39,643 nucleotides of DNA from Catajapyx aquilonaris (lineage: Eukaryota): the NCBI GenBank assembly GCA_000934665.2, contig JYFJ02003816.1, positions 1 to 39,643 of the forward strand, given 5' to 3'. Shown piece after piece: positions 26,114 through 38,000 of the stretch. The number at the start of each line of letters is the position of its first letter. Position 1 is the stretch's first letter. Position numbers and translations under genes: made by a program. A model generated the notes under the pieces. It was not told the DNA's origin, searched no databases, and saw only the letters and a program-made list of their open reading frames with translations.

Positions 26114-27842
26114 TTAGGTGCTCCCTGCCCTATAAGACGTCATACGAAACTCTGGTTTTAAGCCTTAGTAATGCGCGACATTTTCCCTGGACCTAAAACC
26201 ATGTTTTCATGCCACATTTTGAAATTTAGCAGGTAAACAATTATTCTTCCAAAGCTTTTTCAACCCACAAAGTTATTAAGCAGCCCAGGTACTCGAATCC
26301 TGAACAATTCCATAAGCTTAAGGTTTTTAATACCATTAAAAAAATATTCGTCCTCTCACTTCTTTATGCCTGCGGCAAGTTTATAATCTTCTTAATAGAC
26401 CGACAGTCTCTTTATGGAAGAGCACAAACAATCGGATTTTGCAGCACCCGGACAGCCACTGCACTGCCTTGATTCTGAGGCTACCCCCACTCCAGCAGCT
26501 TGAAAAAGCAAGGCCGCAAAGTTTTATGTCCTTTTTGGCACCGCATTTGAAAAGCGGGCCTATGGTCGACTCAACTTTGTCATGATTACGGTTTGTAAAA
26601 CAAACAAACAAAAAATCCTAAATCATGGCAGTTGCTCTGAGCAGGACTCTAAATGGCGAAGTTTTTATTTAGAAACTTTGGCTTTTTAATACTCCCGGGT
26701 ATTATTTTATAAGGTGAAGCGGATTATTTCCAGAAAAAAACCTTACTCTGCAGCCATAACAGGTGACAGAGACTGCTGGGTATAATAAGTGCTTGTCCAA
26801 AAAGAGGTCATTTTATCCTCCTGTTGTCGAGAGTTTTTCTCGCCCATAATTAACTACAGAATGACACGGAATTAACTATGGAATCACACCTATATAGGGA
26901 ATAAATTATCGCATTTCGTGACATGACAACTTCACGCCTTCACCAGGCCCTTATCGCCCAAAGATATCTACAGTACTAGCTCGGATTGGTGTGAAGATCG
27001 ATTAAGATAAGGCGGTGGGTCAGGACTGACACTGATGAGTTCAGGCACTGTATAATAAAATTCTTTTATCATCAACCGTAACAGGTGACATGACGGTTTT
27101 AATTCATTAGAAATAAGAATGTCTCATTGGTAATTGGTTAGCAAAAAAATCCAGAAAGATGTACCTAAACACTCTTTAATAAAACCAACTTTATTTTTGC
27201 AATGTGTCATTATTACGGTATACTTGTACTTATCCCAACTGTAGATCAAGGAGGGCCTATATATGCCATATTTAACATTTTGATTCCGCCGCTTAATATG
27301 TTCTTTAAATTGCATTTCAGGAGTATAATTTGATGTCGAAGAAAGCTTTGCATATGGCCGACACACTTTCACGCTTGACGTGGCAGAACCAATTTCAGAA
27401 GCGATGTGGTAGCCTTTCTCTATTATTTCAAAAGAAAACTCCATCATACATCTTTCTTGCCATAATGACTACTTGGGCACGATATGAAATCACTTATCGA
27501 TTGCAGGGAATAATCAAAAGAGTCCAAATAAATTATAGTGCACTTAGCTCTACAGACGGAAACCCATGTCACTCTTTTACCTTATCGTGAATAACAAACC
27601 AATTCCGATTAGTATATTTTCTTCTCCAGAATCGAACCTGGATTCCTTTGTGCATTTCAAATGTGCCTATATCAAGAATATGAGGCGAATAACTGTCATG
27701 ATGACAAATTAGCCAGATAAGATGCACGTAAACTTTTGGAAATATCCCTCAGTACATTCAGAAATAGAAAACCCTATATACGCTATACCGGATTCTTTAT
27801 AACTATGCTGCCTATGAGTATCAAGGCCAAAAGTTGAAAACA

Positions 27843-28280
27843 ATTGGTTGCTTCGAAAACCACTTAAGTCCATAGTACCGTACCATATTGATTTGCAATT
27901 TATTTATTTTTCCCTCAAATACAGGAACTTTACAGGTCCGCAGATAGGCACACATTATCGATACAATCATCATGGAGATGAATGAACAGGAGACATGGGT
28001 GTGGAAACCTCACCAGGCCCTTCAGAACCCACGTTTTGGAGGGGCGGTGCACCAACTCCCGGTCAACTGATATAGCAGTTGTCCTCCAAAACGTGGTTTC
28101 TGGAGGGCCTGGAGGGTTTCCACACCCATGTCTCCTGTTCATTCAACTCCAGGAGGATTCTATCGATAATGTGTGCCTATCTGCCGACCTGTAAGGGAAC
28201 TGTGCTTATGGCACAAAGATTATTTGGAAATCAATATGGTACAGTCCTATGGACTTACGTGGTTTTCGGAACAACTGATC
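27843..28280. mobile_element. Older inverted-repeat element enclosing the 27933-28191 MITE
   Basis: attggttgcttcgaaaaccacttaagtccatagtaccgtaccatattgat (~27843-27892) is the diverged reverse complement of atcaatatggtacagtcctatggacttacgtggttttcggaacaactgat (~28230-28280). No TSD resolved. Confidence 0.65.
27933..28191. mobile_element. Tc1/mariner-type hairpin MITE, 259 bp
   Basis: TA-CAGGTC(C/G)GCAGATAGGCACACATTATCGATA...GACCTG-TA. Arms ~110 bp with high identity, which is why the two opposite ORFs both begin MNRRHGCGN. Confidence 0.88.
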
Positions 28281-28560
28281 CAATTCATGTTGAGGAGTTC
28301 CAATAATGAGTTCATTGGAAAAACTACGATCTCTTCTCTAACGTGAATAAATAATTTATGCAGATGGCACACTGTACCTACCGTACAATGGCGTTGACCG
28401 CGATAGCATGCACGTCTATAGGAATGAGGAAGGCTATTTAGGGTGTCGGGGGGGGGGGGGGGGGCNAGGCTAACTTTCCACAATCTCATTCGCTTTACGT
28501 GTCCCCATGGTATTTAAAAACCCATATTACTTCCCCTGAAATCAAACTGAAACACTGATA

Positions 28561-28660
28561 CCCGATTGCACCATTACCGAAATTACCGATCCGATCAGTA
28601 GCTCCTAATGGATCGTTAGGGGCCAGCTATCGAATCGGTAATTTCGTTGGAGAAATCGGG
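28561..28660. mobile_element. Short palindromic MITE-like element (~100 bp), possibly Harbinger-type
   Basis: cccgattgcacca..cgaaattaccgatccgat..cctaatg / cgttagg..atcgaatcggtaatttcg..tggagaaatcggg. No clean TSD. Confidence 0.6.
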
Positions 28661-30622
28661 CATTGTCCATACATATTTATCATAATAATGTCGCCTTACC
28701 ATAAATGATTCTAATGAACATCTCAAGCAGCACAAGATGCTTGGGTACCATCTTTTTTCTGTTGTGCCTCGCCTTCAAAATATGTAGTGCTGCGCACATT
28801 TTAGAGTTTAACTTGTAAACTGACCTTGGGGTATATAATTATCACAACTAGCTTGTGGTAGAATTGGAACAACGTAAGGTGCATTTCACTGGTGAATGCA
28901 TCTATGTACTAAACCACCGTGGGAAAAAATGAGCCTACCAGCCTACGAGATATACATCTGATTCCAAAATTATGCTTTCATCGGCTCTTGCCTGAATGAG
29001 TGGCAGATGCCCTGAATGTTCAATAATTCTGAGGTCCCAATAATAATAAGTTATGAAAGAGTTAGCCAGACATACAGTGTGTGATAGGAGGTAATTTGAC
29101 AACGAAAGAGAAATCTTCAAGGCCAATAAGAATGACAAAAATTATTACATAAGTGTTATCATAATTAGCGAAACAATAGAATGGGGAGTTTGATTTTTTT
29201 TTTCAAAAACGAGAATGGTTGGATGAATACTCTCGAGGCTGCGCAATAATCGATTTGAGGAGCCATTATTTATCTATTACGTCTATGAATAAAATTATTA
29301 ACAACTATTATTAATGCGTACACAAACTGACATTTCTCAGTCAATAAATGCAAATAAAATTTTGTAATTTGAATATACCAATAAGGTCATACGCCATCTC
29401 ATTATGCAGAAGTTACTGACCACCATGCATAAATCATTCCTAGAATATTACTCGGCAGCCTCCTTGTAGGTCCACCCTATACAATACCACCGACATCCCT
29501 CTTGACACCTGCACTCTGCATACTAAGGGAACCTTTCAGTCCTTTCAAACCCTCCCGCCCCTCGCTGGCCCCCAAGAGAAAGGATCCAAGCAGCAGTGCA
29601 AGAAAAGGCAACCCCCCCCCCCCCCNCCCCCCCCGCGCCATCACTGTGTATAAGAGCCCTCCTGTAGCCAGGAGTTTCTGCTGTAATAAACGAGCATGAT
29701 TGCTGGTGCTATATGATATAATATATTCTTTCTGGTGGAAAGGTGCGCGCGACATGCAAAGCAATATCTGGAGCCATAGAGCGCGGCTTTTCTCTCTCCT
29801 CCCACCTCCTCTTCCTCCCTCACCTACCCTCCCGCCGCCTATCCACCCACCTCCCACCGACCTCTCCTGCACTCTTTTCCCTAGTAATCCTAGCTGCAAT
29901 TCCCCCCCTGGCAAGCCTGGGCCGGGGCCCAGGCAATAGAACTCAACTTTGCCATGCAGATATCAAAGGGAACGAGCCGACAGCTGTCCTTTCGCTTTAT
30001 ATAACTTCTTTTGTATATTAAAGAACATCTGTGACAGGCTGACATCAAAAGAAATGGCTTGTTCGGTGAACCTTTCATCTCGGTAATCACAAAGCTCAGG
30101 CTAATTGCCGTAACGGTACTTTGTAACTAGTGACGAGTGGATGCATGGAAAAAGAGAGAAGAGTGGGGGTGGTGGTAGGGAAGGGGGTTGGGAGAGTACT
30201 GGGGAGGGGGTGGGGAGGGGAGTCCCTTTTAACCGCAATACTATGATCTTGGATTTTTCATCTCTTTTTTTCTGAGGGAAATGGCAAAGTTTAATGAGTT
30301 GTATTTAGGAAGCGACGTAGGAGGCCTATGAAATAACTTGGGAAAGAAATAACGCCAGTTAAGTCTGTGTGCTAAAAGGTCTTTCTCTTTCTCTCTTTTT
30401 TGCGTTTTAATATAGCAGCCAAAGTAAGGAAGGAAACGAGGGGCTTTGAAGTTTGGGAAACGCACAACAAATGGGCTCTAAGCCTTTCATCCTAACCTTT
30501 TATGTGCGAGTATAAAGAGGAAGCCCAAAGGGAACCGACCGATATGAAAGTCACCTTTGTCGTTTGCTTTCACTTGGCGCCGGAGACAGAAAAGTTAGCT
30601 CTCGTCATATTACATTAGTAAG

Positions 30623-30625
<3 letters not shown>

Positions 30626-30697
<72 letters not shown>
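30626..30697. repeat. (CT)n microsatellite
   Basis: About 36 perfect CT units. Confidence 0.95.
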
Positions 30698-30700
<3 letters not shown>

Positions 30701-32669
30701 GTAAGTTGCTACTGCTACAAAAGAATAAGGCCTGCCTTCCTTTTCGACACCCTGCCTTTCACGTCTCGATGGACAGACTTATACTCTTCAGAATCGACCC
30801 ACCGACAGCATGCTCCGTCCCCTCTTCTTGCCAGTGACACCCTTCATCATCATTCCCAACAGGCGGGGTGGGCACAGTTTTTCGTTCAAGAAGATATGGG
30901 GTGCCGGGGTTGCTCGAAGAAGTGCGGTACTGTCACACATAATGTCACATAAGCTTAGCCTACTGCTATCATCGAGATACCTTCATTAATTTTTGTTTGA
31001 TAATTCTCTTTATGCATAAGTGGGTTATTCAGAAACTTGTTATTTATTGCCTGAGTGCCCTACGGGAATTTATCATGTTAGAACGTCGCGTCGGTAGTAA
31101 TCCCAGGGCAGCTTGGAGAAGTCTATTTCCTCATCCTAACATAGCAGAGCAACCCCGCAGGGTTCTTCTGCTAAGAGGGAAGCTCAGATGTCAGGATAAA
31201 GCGGAGGGGTGAAAATGTTCGTATCATACAGGTGTACTCGGGTCTGCATTTGAAAACGGAGCTTGGCCAATCCTTCGAGAGTTCGAGACAGATGATGTAA
31301 GTAATAGGGCGGTGCTATTTGCTGGGATGAAGGTTGGTGTGGGCGATATCAGTATAAAATATCGGCGACTATGACTGTAAGGTCTCCTCGTGTGCATTAT
31401 TCGCTATCACGGTCTCTATCTTGTTCCTTAGACAACCCAGAGACAACCACTGGAAATGCACAAGATGTTCTGTTGCCTTTGGCTTCAATGTGGGTTGTGG
31501 GTTGTGAGCATACATGGGAATGCAACTGTTTCTGGTAGTCTATTTCGTTACCTGTAGGTCCCAAGGCCCCTCCCAACTTTTCTCACGGCCACATTTTTAA
31601 ACCTGTTTTGGGACTTGACTCTGGCTTGCAGAGGTCAAGATCGCAAAACCATGGTCCTAAATAATTTCTCTCAATATTTGTAAATGAAAGAAATGACCTG
31701 AAAGTATTGCGATTCAGCAAGGCCAACAAGTAGACTCCGATGTTAGGATATTGCATGGAGTCAGGTACACATATCATCAATATGGAGTGCAATCTCGCAG
31801 CTTTTTTTTCCACTCAATAATTTAAAATGAAATCTTCGCGTGGCAGCAGGTTCATGCATTACTCACTGCTCCTCTTGAACATGTAGAAAGTAGAACGTTA
31901 ATATGCTAACCCTTTCGCTACCAGCTAGGCCAAAAAATACTAGCTTTTCGCTTACGAGTACTCTGAAGATACAGACAAGATGTATTTTTGCAACTGTAAC
32001 AGCTATATTTACCAGTTCAGGGGGAAAAAACACTATGAATGCGGTTGGAAGAATTTTCATCGCATAGAAGTTAGTACTGCACTTGCCAATTAAGTGCAAA
32101 AACAGTAATTGGACATGAACTTCTCATATGGTTTATATGCTCTATCACCAAAGCATCCCAACATTCATGCTGCCTTCCATGATGTAATTTGAAGTCGATA
32201 CGATGTTGCTCGTTTCATAGGATTTCAACACGACAAAAATAGTGAAAAGCTCAAATTTGACGTCAAAAATACCCCTGCATATCTGAATATACCATTTCCA
32301 TTTACTACAGTACATCCGATTACTGTATCGATACATCATTTGACCGAGCATTCTGTCTGGGAGGACTCAAGTACGGTATGGATTGTCATGGATAAGTCAA
32401 TAACCTCTGGCGCAAAACACCATCGCTGAAGGGACGGAGATGTTGGCCCAGTATTGTATTGATTTAATTAACATTATGTATATAAAGAAATCATGTCTAC
32501 TTACTTAGGATTGAGAAAGAAAGGAAAGCAGAAAATGTTACAGATTTTGAGGGACTCTTCTCTCTGCCCATGCCACTGTTTTACTAGTATATCACTTGCT
32601 TAGATTTTGTCGGATATTATTAAAGAATTCTTTTGAATGCATTACCTGCAATGAATATGAAATACTATA

Positions 32670-33152
32670 CAGGGTGTGCCTTACTAGTCGCCCTTCCGTC
32701 CGGCAGTGCACTCATTGGCCCAAAGCAAGTCGTAAATGTAGGGAGGAGAAATGTCGAGGCAGTAACCGCGCGGTAAAGAGATAAACGATGATCAAGATGA
32801 GGTCGCCCCTAAGACAATCGCGGCCACCCCACCCACCGGCTTTTGCGCGGGAGGAGCGGCAATCGGTTCGACTTCCTCACGTGTAGGGGTTGCCTAGGGG
32901 GCAGGATATGAATCCAACATTGCGCCCTGAGCACGAGACGACCTTGATAAACCGATTCCCGCTCCTCCCGCACATAAGCCGGTGGGTGGGTGGCCGCGAT
33001 TGTCTTAGGGGCGACCTCATCTTGACCATCGTTTATCTCATAGTTACCGGTTTAATACTGCCTTGACATTTCTCCTCCCTACATTTACGATTTGTTTTGG
33101 GCCAATGAGTGCACTGCCAGACGGAAAGGCGACTATAGTAAGGGACGCCCTG
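32670..33152. mobile_element. Tc1/mariner-type fold-back MITE, 483 bp, ~200-bp arms
   Basis: TA-CAGGGTGTGCCTTACT...GGCAGTGCACTCATTGGCCCAAA...CCCCTAAGACAATCGCGGCCACCCCACCCACCGGCTT is mirrored at 32950-33152 (...AGTAAGGGACGCCCTG). The right-hand TA is imperfect (cta). Confidence 0.85.
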
Positions 33153-33794
33153 CTAGAATCGGGTGGCATTTTAAAACCCAGTTTCCATCATTCAACTCAT
33201 TTCAGCGTAGCAGATGAAATTTTTAACAAAAAATGGAACACCAAAAGTGTTGGGGGGGGGGGGGGGNAAAGTGTTGGGGGGGGGGGGGATAAAGATAATT
33301 TCGGAGTAAAGTTCTCGCTAACTAACAACAGCAGAACCGATTTTTTTTTTGTGTCAGTCTAACTGACCTCTCTCTTACACATGTGTGTGGTACTATTCCC
33401 ATATTCTTAATATAGTATTTTTAAAAGTCATTTGCATACGGGAGTAAATGTAATTTACGCCGTCGTGACATTTTAAGTGATGTCGTAACGAGCACCCAAA
33501 AATGCCCCCAAAAATTGTGCTCCGGACCCGTGAAGCCGATTTTTATGTTTAGCTATAACCTTTCGGCAAATAATAATTTTGTCAAAATTTGACTGATTTG
33601 AGAACTCCTAGTTGGGGGAACCCTAATTTTCACTGTTTTTATTGTGCCTAGAGGGAATGGTGTTGTGTAGGGAGGGTGGGATCGAGTGTCTCCTCTTTCG
33701 GCCAGAGTTGGAACTCGAAGAAGTCCGGATTTTCTTTTATTCTTTATCGCCGCCTTAACATCTTATCTATCATTTTGCAATCCTGCAAAAGCAC

Positions 33795-34093
33795 ATTTAT
33801 TATTATTATCTATTTTTATTTGTAATACCCCGTGATAGGGCGGAGCCCTACTGGGGGGATGGGGGAGGTTCCCAAGGGAGGGCGCTGTCATTTTTAGTCA
33901 TTTCTGACTTTGTGAAATACACCAGACCTTTTCTCCTGGCCCTGGGCAGAGTGGGGAGTGCAATTCTGCCCCGGCATGTCGGGTGAAACGCGGAAAAATA
34001 CCCGGCCAAGCAGAGGTGACGGGGACAGGATTTGAACCCTGGCCTCCCGCTTGGCTGGCCAGTGGCGTAACCACTAGACCACCATGCCTCCCC
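33795..34093 (-). mobile_element. SINE with tRNA-Gly(GCC)-like head and short (TAA)n tail
   Basis: Head GCATGGTGGTCTAGTGGTTACGCCACTGGCCAGCCAAGCGGGAGGCCAGGGTTCAAATCC resembles tRNA-Gly GCATTGGTGGTTCAGTGG...GCCTGCCACGCGGGAGGCCCGGGTTCGATTCC. Tail GGGGTATTACAAATAAAAATAGATAATAATAAT. Probable TSD GCAAAAGCAC/GCAAAAACAC (33785-33794, 34094-34103). Confidence 0.8.
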
Positions 34094-36380
34094 GCAAAAA
34101 CACCGACTTCTATGTGGCATGCACAGTGACAAACTGATTGTGGTCTAAGTAGGAAATGAACAGCTAGGCCAGCATACGCCACGTAGTACATATTATTAAT
34201 TTGATGTTGTGGCCTAAGAATGTTGTGGGCTAAAAATTACAATGCAAAATGTCTGCCCCAACTTGCAACTTTGCAACAACTCCTGGCAACTTAGAAACCT
34301 TTGCACCTGTCAACTATATGGGCTGCAAGCCCTCCTGCACTACCTGCACTCCAGGGACAACAACTGACAACAAACTCATGGTAATGAGTGCACGTGGCTG
34401 CTAATGAAAAGATTGACCAGAGTGAATAAAATCAGGTTTCTGCTTAAAACTCAGAAAGGCTCAGCCTTGGCTTGCCATAAAAATGCTGAAGAACTGTAAT
34501 GTTTCATCCTATGGTCATGCATCTACCATGGCAGCAACAACTGGTGCAACAGGTCCAGATGACTTCATTAAAATGTATATTTCACAAAGCAAATGTATCC
34601 GAAGGGCTTCCATGTAAGAATCTATCCAAAATACCTATTATCTAGTGTATGCTATGAAATATTTGGACATACATTCCTACTATTGGCCAAGTTTTAATGA
34701 AACATCTATAATGTAGTTCGAGAACTGTGCTCCTCCTCATGACACCTGTATGATACACACTTAATAGGTAATCATCTACAGTAGGTTAAAATGCCTTATG
34801 CATTGTTTCCCTTGCAAGAAATTGCATGAAATGTAAGCAAAGCTGACTGCCACAACTGAAAAATGCAGACTTTCTAAAGCTAAGAACATCAACACTAATG
34901 TAATCATAAACAATCATCGCGTCAATGTTCAACTACCTACTGCAAAGCCCAATGCAGACTGAAATGGCGGCCCATTTTGGTTGTATTATAATACAACCAA
35001 ACAAAATAATTTTTTAAAATTCACTGGTACACTCCGACAGAAATTTCTTTCACCATAGCCTTAGGAATCATTCATAGTTTCTATGTTCATGAATATTTAC
35101 ACTACTCGGGTACATTTACAGACTTAATGGCACGCCATCATAGGCCAATGGTCTCATTCATTGTAAACAAACCGAAACAAACACTTACTGCAAGAATTTA
35201 AATACACACAGCTCACTGCAGCATATTTCCCGGTACGTGGACGTGCGGCTGAAAACCATTGTAAAAATTCCGAAATTCTGCGACTTACTTTTCACCAGCG
35301 AAAAAAATCTGAATGATCTGTGAAGGGTAGGCAAACTCTCCTGGTACCATTTTGGTCGTAAAGTGTCCTCAGTCCTAATTGGGCGGCTGGACTGCTCCGA
35401 GCTCTTGGCGGTGCCCACTTGACACCTGAGCCGCCTTTTTTTTGCACCTGGTAACTCACATTACCTCTGTTTAAACCGGACCTTTAAAAATTTTTAAACG
35501 GACACTTAATGTTTTCATAATTTATTAGAGGGACTGGGGAATCTGATGGAATTATCTTGGATTTTTTCGATGGGTGGAAGCAGCCTAAAAAAACCACGTA
35601 GATGTCGCAATAGGATGACGTCACCTTCTCGTGCATAGTATATGAGAAGGTTGTTGGCCTCTCTCAAGATCCAACTCGGGTTTGTAGGTCTCAGACACTT
35701 CAGCCCCGTCTTTGCATGAATCAAGAACGAAACCAATGGTGCCAGATCCAGGGATTTTCACCTAGGGCGCTATTTTTATATCCCCACCCAAAGAGTGCAT
35801 TATCGAGTGGGAGACAGAGAGTTAAACCAGCATCAACATACCAAGGGTCAGGAAGTCTCCATTATCTTCTGATATACGTACATTACAATGCGTGCTTAGG
35901 CCACGACAACTTATGCTATTATTGGCACCCACTACTTGGTAGTGGTAGGTGGGTAGTGGGTTGCTTTACCTAACATGAATTATGTGCTCATAGTGATAAT
36001 GCCACAAATCTGTCGCAATGGCATTAGTAGTTAACAACATGGCATTAAGTAAGTCCATCTACAAGAACCTCAACACCAATAACAAAAAAAAAGTTATCCT
36101 GTTATAGGGCATATAGGCCTATGCCTTCTTAGGGAATCACCCTTAAAATTCCTGACTATTAATTGCTGCACACTGATATATTTTCATTTTCATGGAAGAA
36201 CCCCGAGAAAATCCAAAGCAAATACAGAAAGAGCCCACCATAACGCTTTCCACAGCAGAATTCTCTGTCTGGCCTGGGAATCAAAGATGGGGCCTCAGAG
36301 GTGAGTTTTAGTCTACCAACTGGAATCACTAGATGAGCGTAGAAATACAGCACCAAAATATTGTCATACAATACCATTTA

Positions 36381-36434
36381 TTTATTAATAACTACCACTT
36401 TTGAACAAAATATTCCTTAAAGTTATGTTTTATT
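36381..36434 (-). terminator. Candidate polyadenylation signals for Sec5
   Basis: AATAAA on the minus strand (plus tttatt at 36429-36434 and 36381-36386), about 250-300 nt after the stop codon. Confidence 0.45.
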
Positions 36435-36683
36435 AACATCACTGCACCTGTACTTGCCAAGAATAACAGGTAATTCCATGCAGCAGTCCTTGCTAAACAT
36501 CACAGTAATTCAGCAATTAATTGATCTCAGCTGTGTAAATATTTACACAGGCATTAAGCTGCCTGGCTGAATTAACTGAATTATGATAGTCACTTATGGA
36601 AAAGCTGGTTAAAACTTGCCTTCTTACTTGGGTAGAAGTTCAGAAAGACTACAGTACGCTTCATACATGCCAACGAACTCTTC

Positions 36684-36750
36684 CTATCCAAAACACATCA
36701 ACTGGAACCGCATCTGTGCTTTATACTTATTCACCACATCATCCAATATC
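36684..36750 (-). CDS. Sec5: Sec5/EXOC2 last coding exon with TAG stop
   Basis: atttcAG acceptor after a 62-nt intron completes the phase-2 codon. Reads (Q)ILDDVVNKYKAQMRFQLMCFG*, matching the EXOC2 C-terminus (recalled human LLNKFKSSMHLQLTCF). Too short to appear in the ORF track. Confidence 0.9.
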
Positions 36751-36812
36751 CTGAAATATGAAACAATTTTTTATTTGTACATTGTGATTCAATTAAGCTG
36801 ATTTAAACTTAC

Positions 36813-37057
36813 TGTTTATGAGCCTGGTCCTGTGAAATAGGAACAAGTGCCATTGACTCTTTCAATAGAGATCTGGTGTTTGACGTCATATATGCCTTCA
36901 CTGCCTCTTGAAATGCAGTGAGATCAATACGCGCTTGTAATGCCCCATACTGGTTGAACTGAGGTACACATGACAATAGCCGCATCAACTCTTCTGTCAC
37001 AACTTCAACAGTCTTGGTCATAATTCTCTCTAAGAAGACAGAGGTCACTCCAGACAC
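36813..37057 (-). CDS. Sec5: Sec5/EXOC2 penultimate coding exon (245 nt)
   Basis: T-rich TAG acceptor. Reads VSGVTSVFLERIM...VPQFNQYGALQARIDLTAFQEAV...QDQAHK, then donor GTAAGT in phase 2. GALQAR is a conserved EXOC2 C-terminal motif. Confidence 0.92.
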
Positions 37058-37151
37058 CTAAAAAATATGTCAAAATTTATTTCCCAACATCATGCAGTTT
37101 TCCACTGGTCTTCAGTCAATTCGGCACTGGTCACTGCAATGGATTTTGTAC

Positions 37152-37328
37152 CTCTGCATGAACGTCAATGATTCCCATGAGAGTCTTCTTTATGTAGCTG
37201 CTGACAGTAGATGGCTTCTGGCATCTTGCCCAGTCAAAATTCCCAATGTACATGGATGTCTCCAGCATTCCCACAAGGGGTTCTAACTTCAACTCTGTAT
37301 AAGCATCAAATCCTCTCTTGTCTAATGC
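37152..37328 (-). CDS. Sec5: Sec5/EXOC2 coding exon (177 nt)
   Basis: CAG acceptor. Reads ALDKRGFDAYTELKLEPLVGMLETSMYIGNFDWARCQKPSTVSSYIKKTLMGIIDVHAE, then donor GTAC. 59 codons, in frame with both neighbours. Confidence 0.92.
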
Positions 37329-37498
37329 CTGCCACATTTGAAGAAGAGACCTTTTATGAATACCATAACATTCAATATGATTGAAACAATGTAGAATTTC
37401 CACTGCATTCTTAGATTAGGCAGATCCTGCATTGTTTGTTTCATGTCCCTTGGTACAATTAATGTACAATTGTGAGATACAAACAGGTTGAAACTTAC

Positions 37499-37891
37499 CA
37501 CCAATGTCTTATTGATGGAAACAATAGGACCTGTCACATCAGGATATCCCAACTTTCCAAAGACATCCTTCAGGTGAGGCAGAACTACTCTTGTCATATA
37601 CCTGCAATTGCTCAGAAGCAGCAGCAGTCTGACTCCTTTCTGCGGCACAGGATCCTCAGACCTGACATTGGAGAACCCAACTGGTGAAGATGCCACGGGC
37701 TGCTTGATGTCCATTTTCATCAGAGTGTCTAAGGCTACAGTGAAGTTGAGCAGAAGTTTCTGGATGAGAACAACGAGTTCACTTTTCACAGTCTGGCTTT
37801 CAAGAAGGTCACTCTCCCGCCTCTCAGCTTTCAGGACAGCTTCCTTCACTAATTGAATTGTGTCATGGACACTGTTCTCAAAGACACCCGG
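37499..37891 (-). CDS. Sec5: Sec5/EXOC2 coding exon (393 nt)
   Basis: ttttcctgtttcAG acceptor. Reads PGVFENSVHDTIQLVKEAVL...RLLLLLSNCRY...LGYPDVTGPIVSINKTLV, then donor GTAAGT. Length is 131 codons, phase 0/0. The RLLxxLSNC motif is typical of Sec5. Confidence 0.92.
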
Positions 37892-38000
37892 CTGAAACAG
37901 GAAAATGTATAACTGAACAGCGAATCTATTAAGGTCCTATAAATTTCCCTAGCAATAGCTCACATTACATCTTCAAGGCCTGCAATGTCATTTTTGTATA

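Noticed and set aside
27200..27450. Possible RTE LINE fragment (IYRPSLIYSW resembling IRPVL.Y..ETW)
   Set aside because: Only one short motif matches; cannot be supported without a profile search.
34020..34090. Possible tRNA-Gly gene, likewise tRNA-like sequences at 18065-18142 and 19300-19378
   Set aside because: A and B boxes are present but the acceptor and anticodon stems do not pair properly, and SINE bodies and tails follow.
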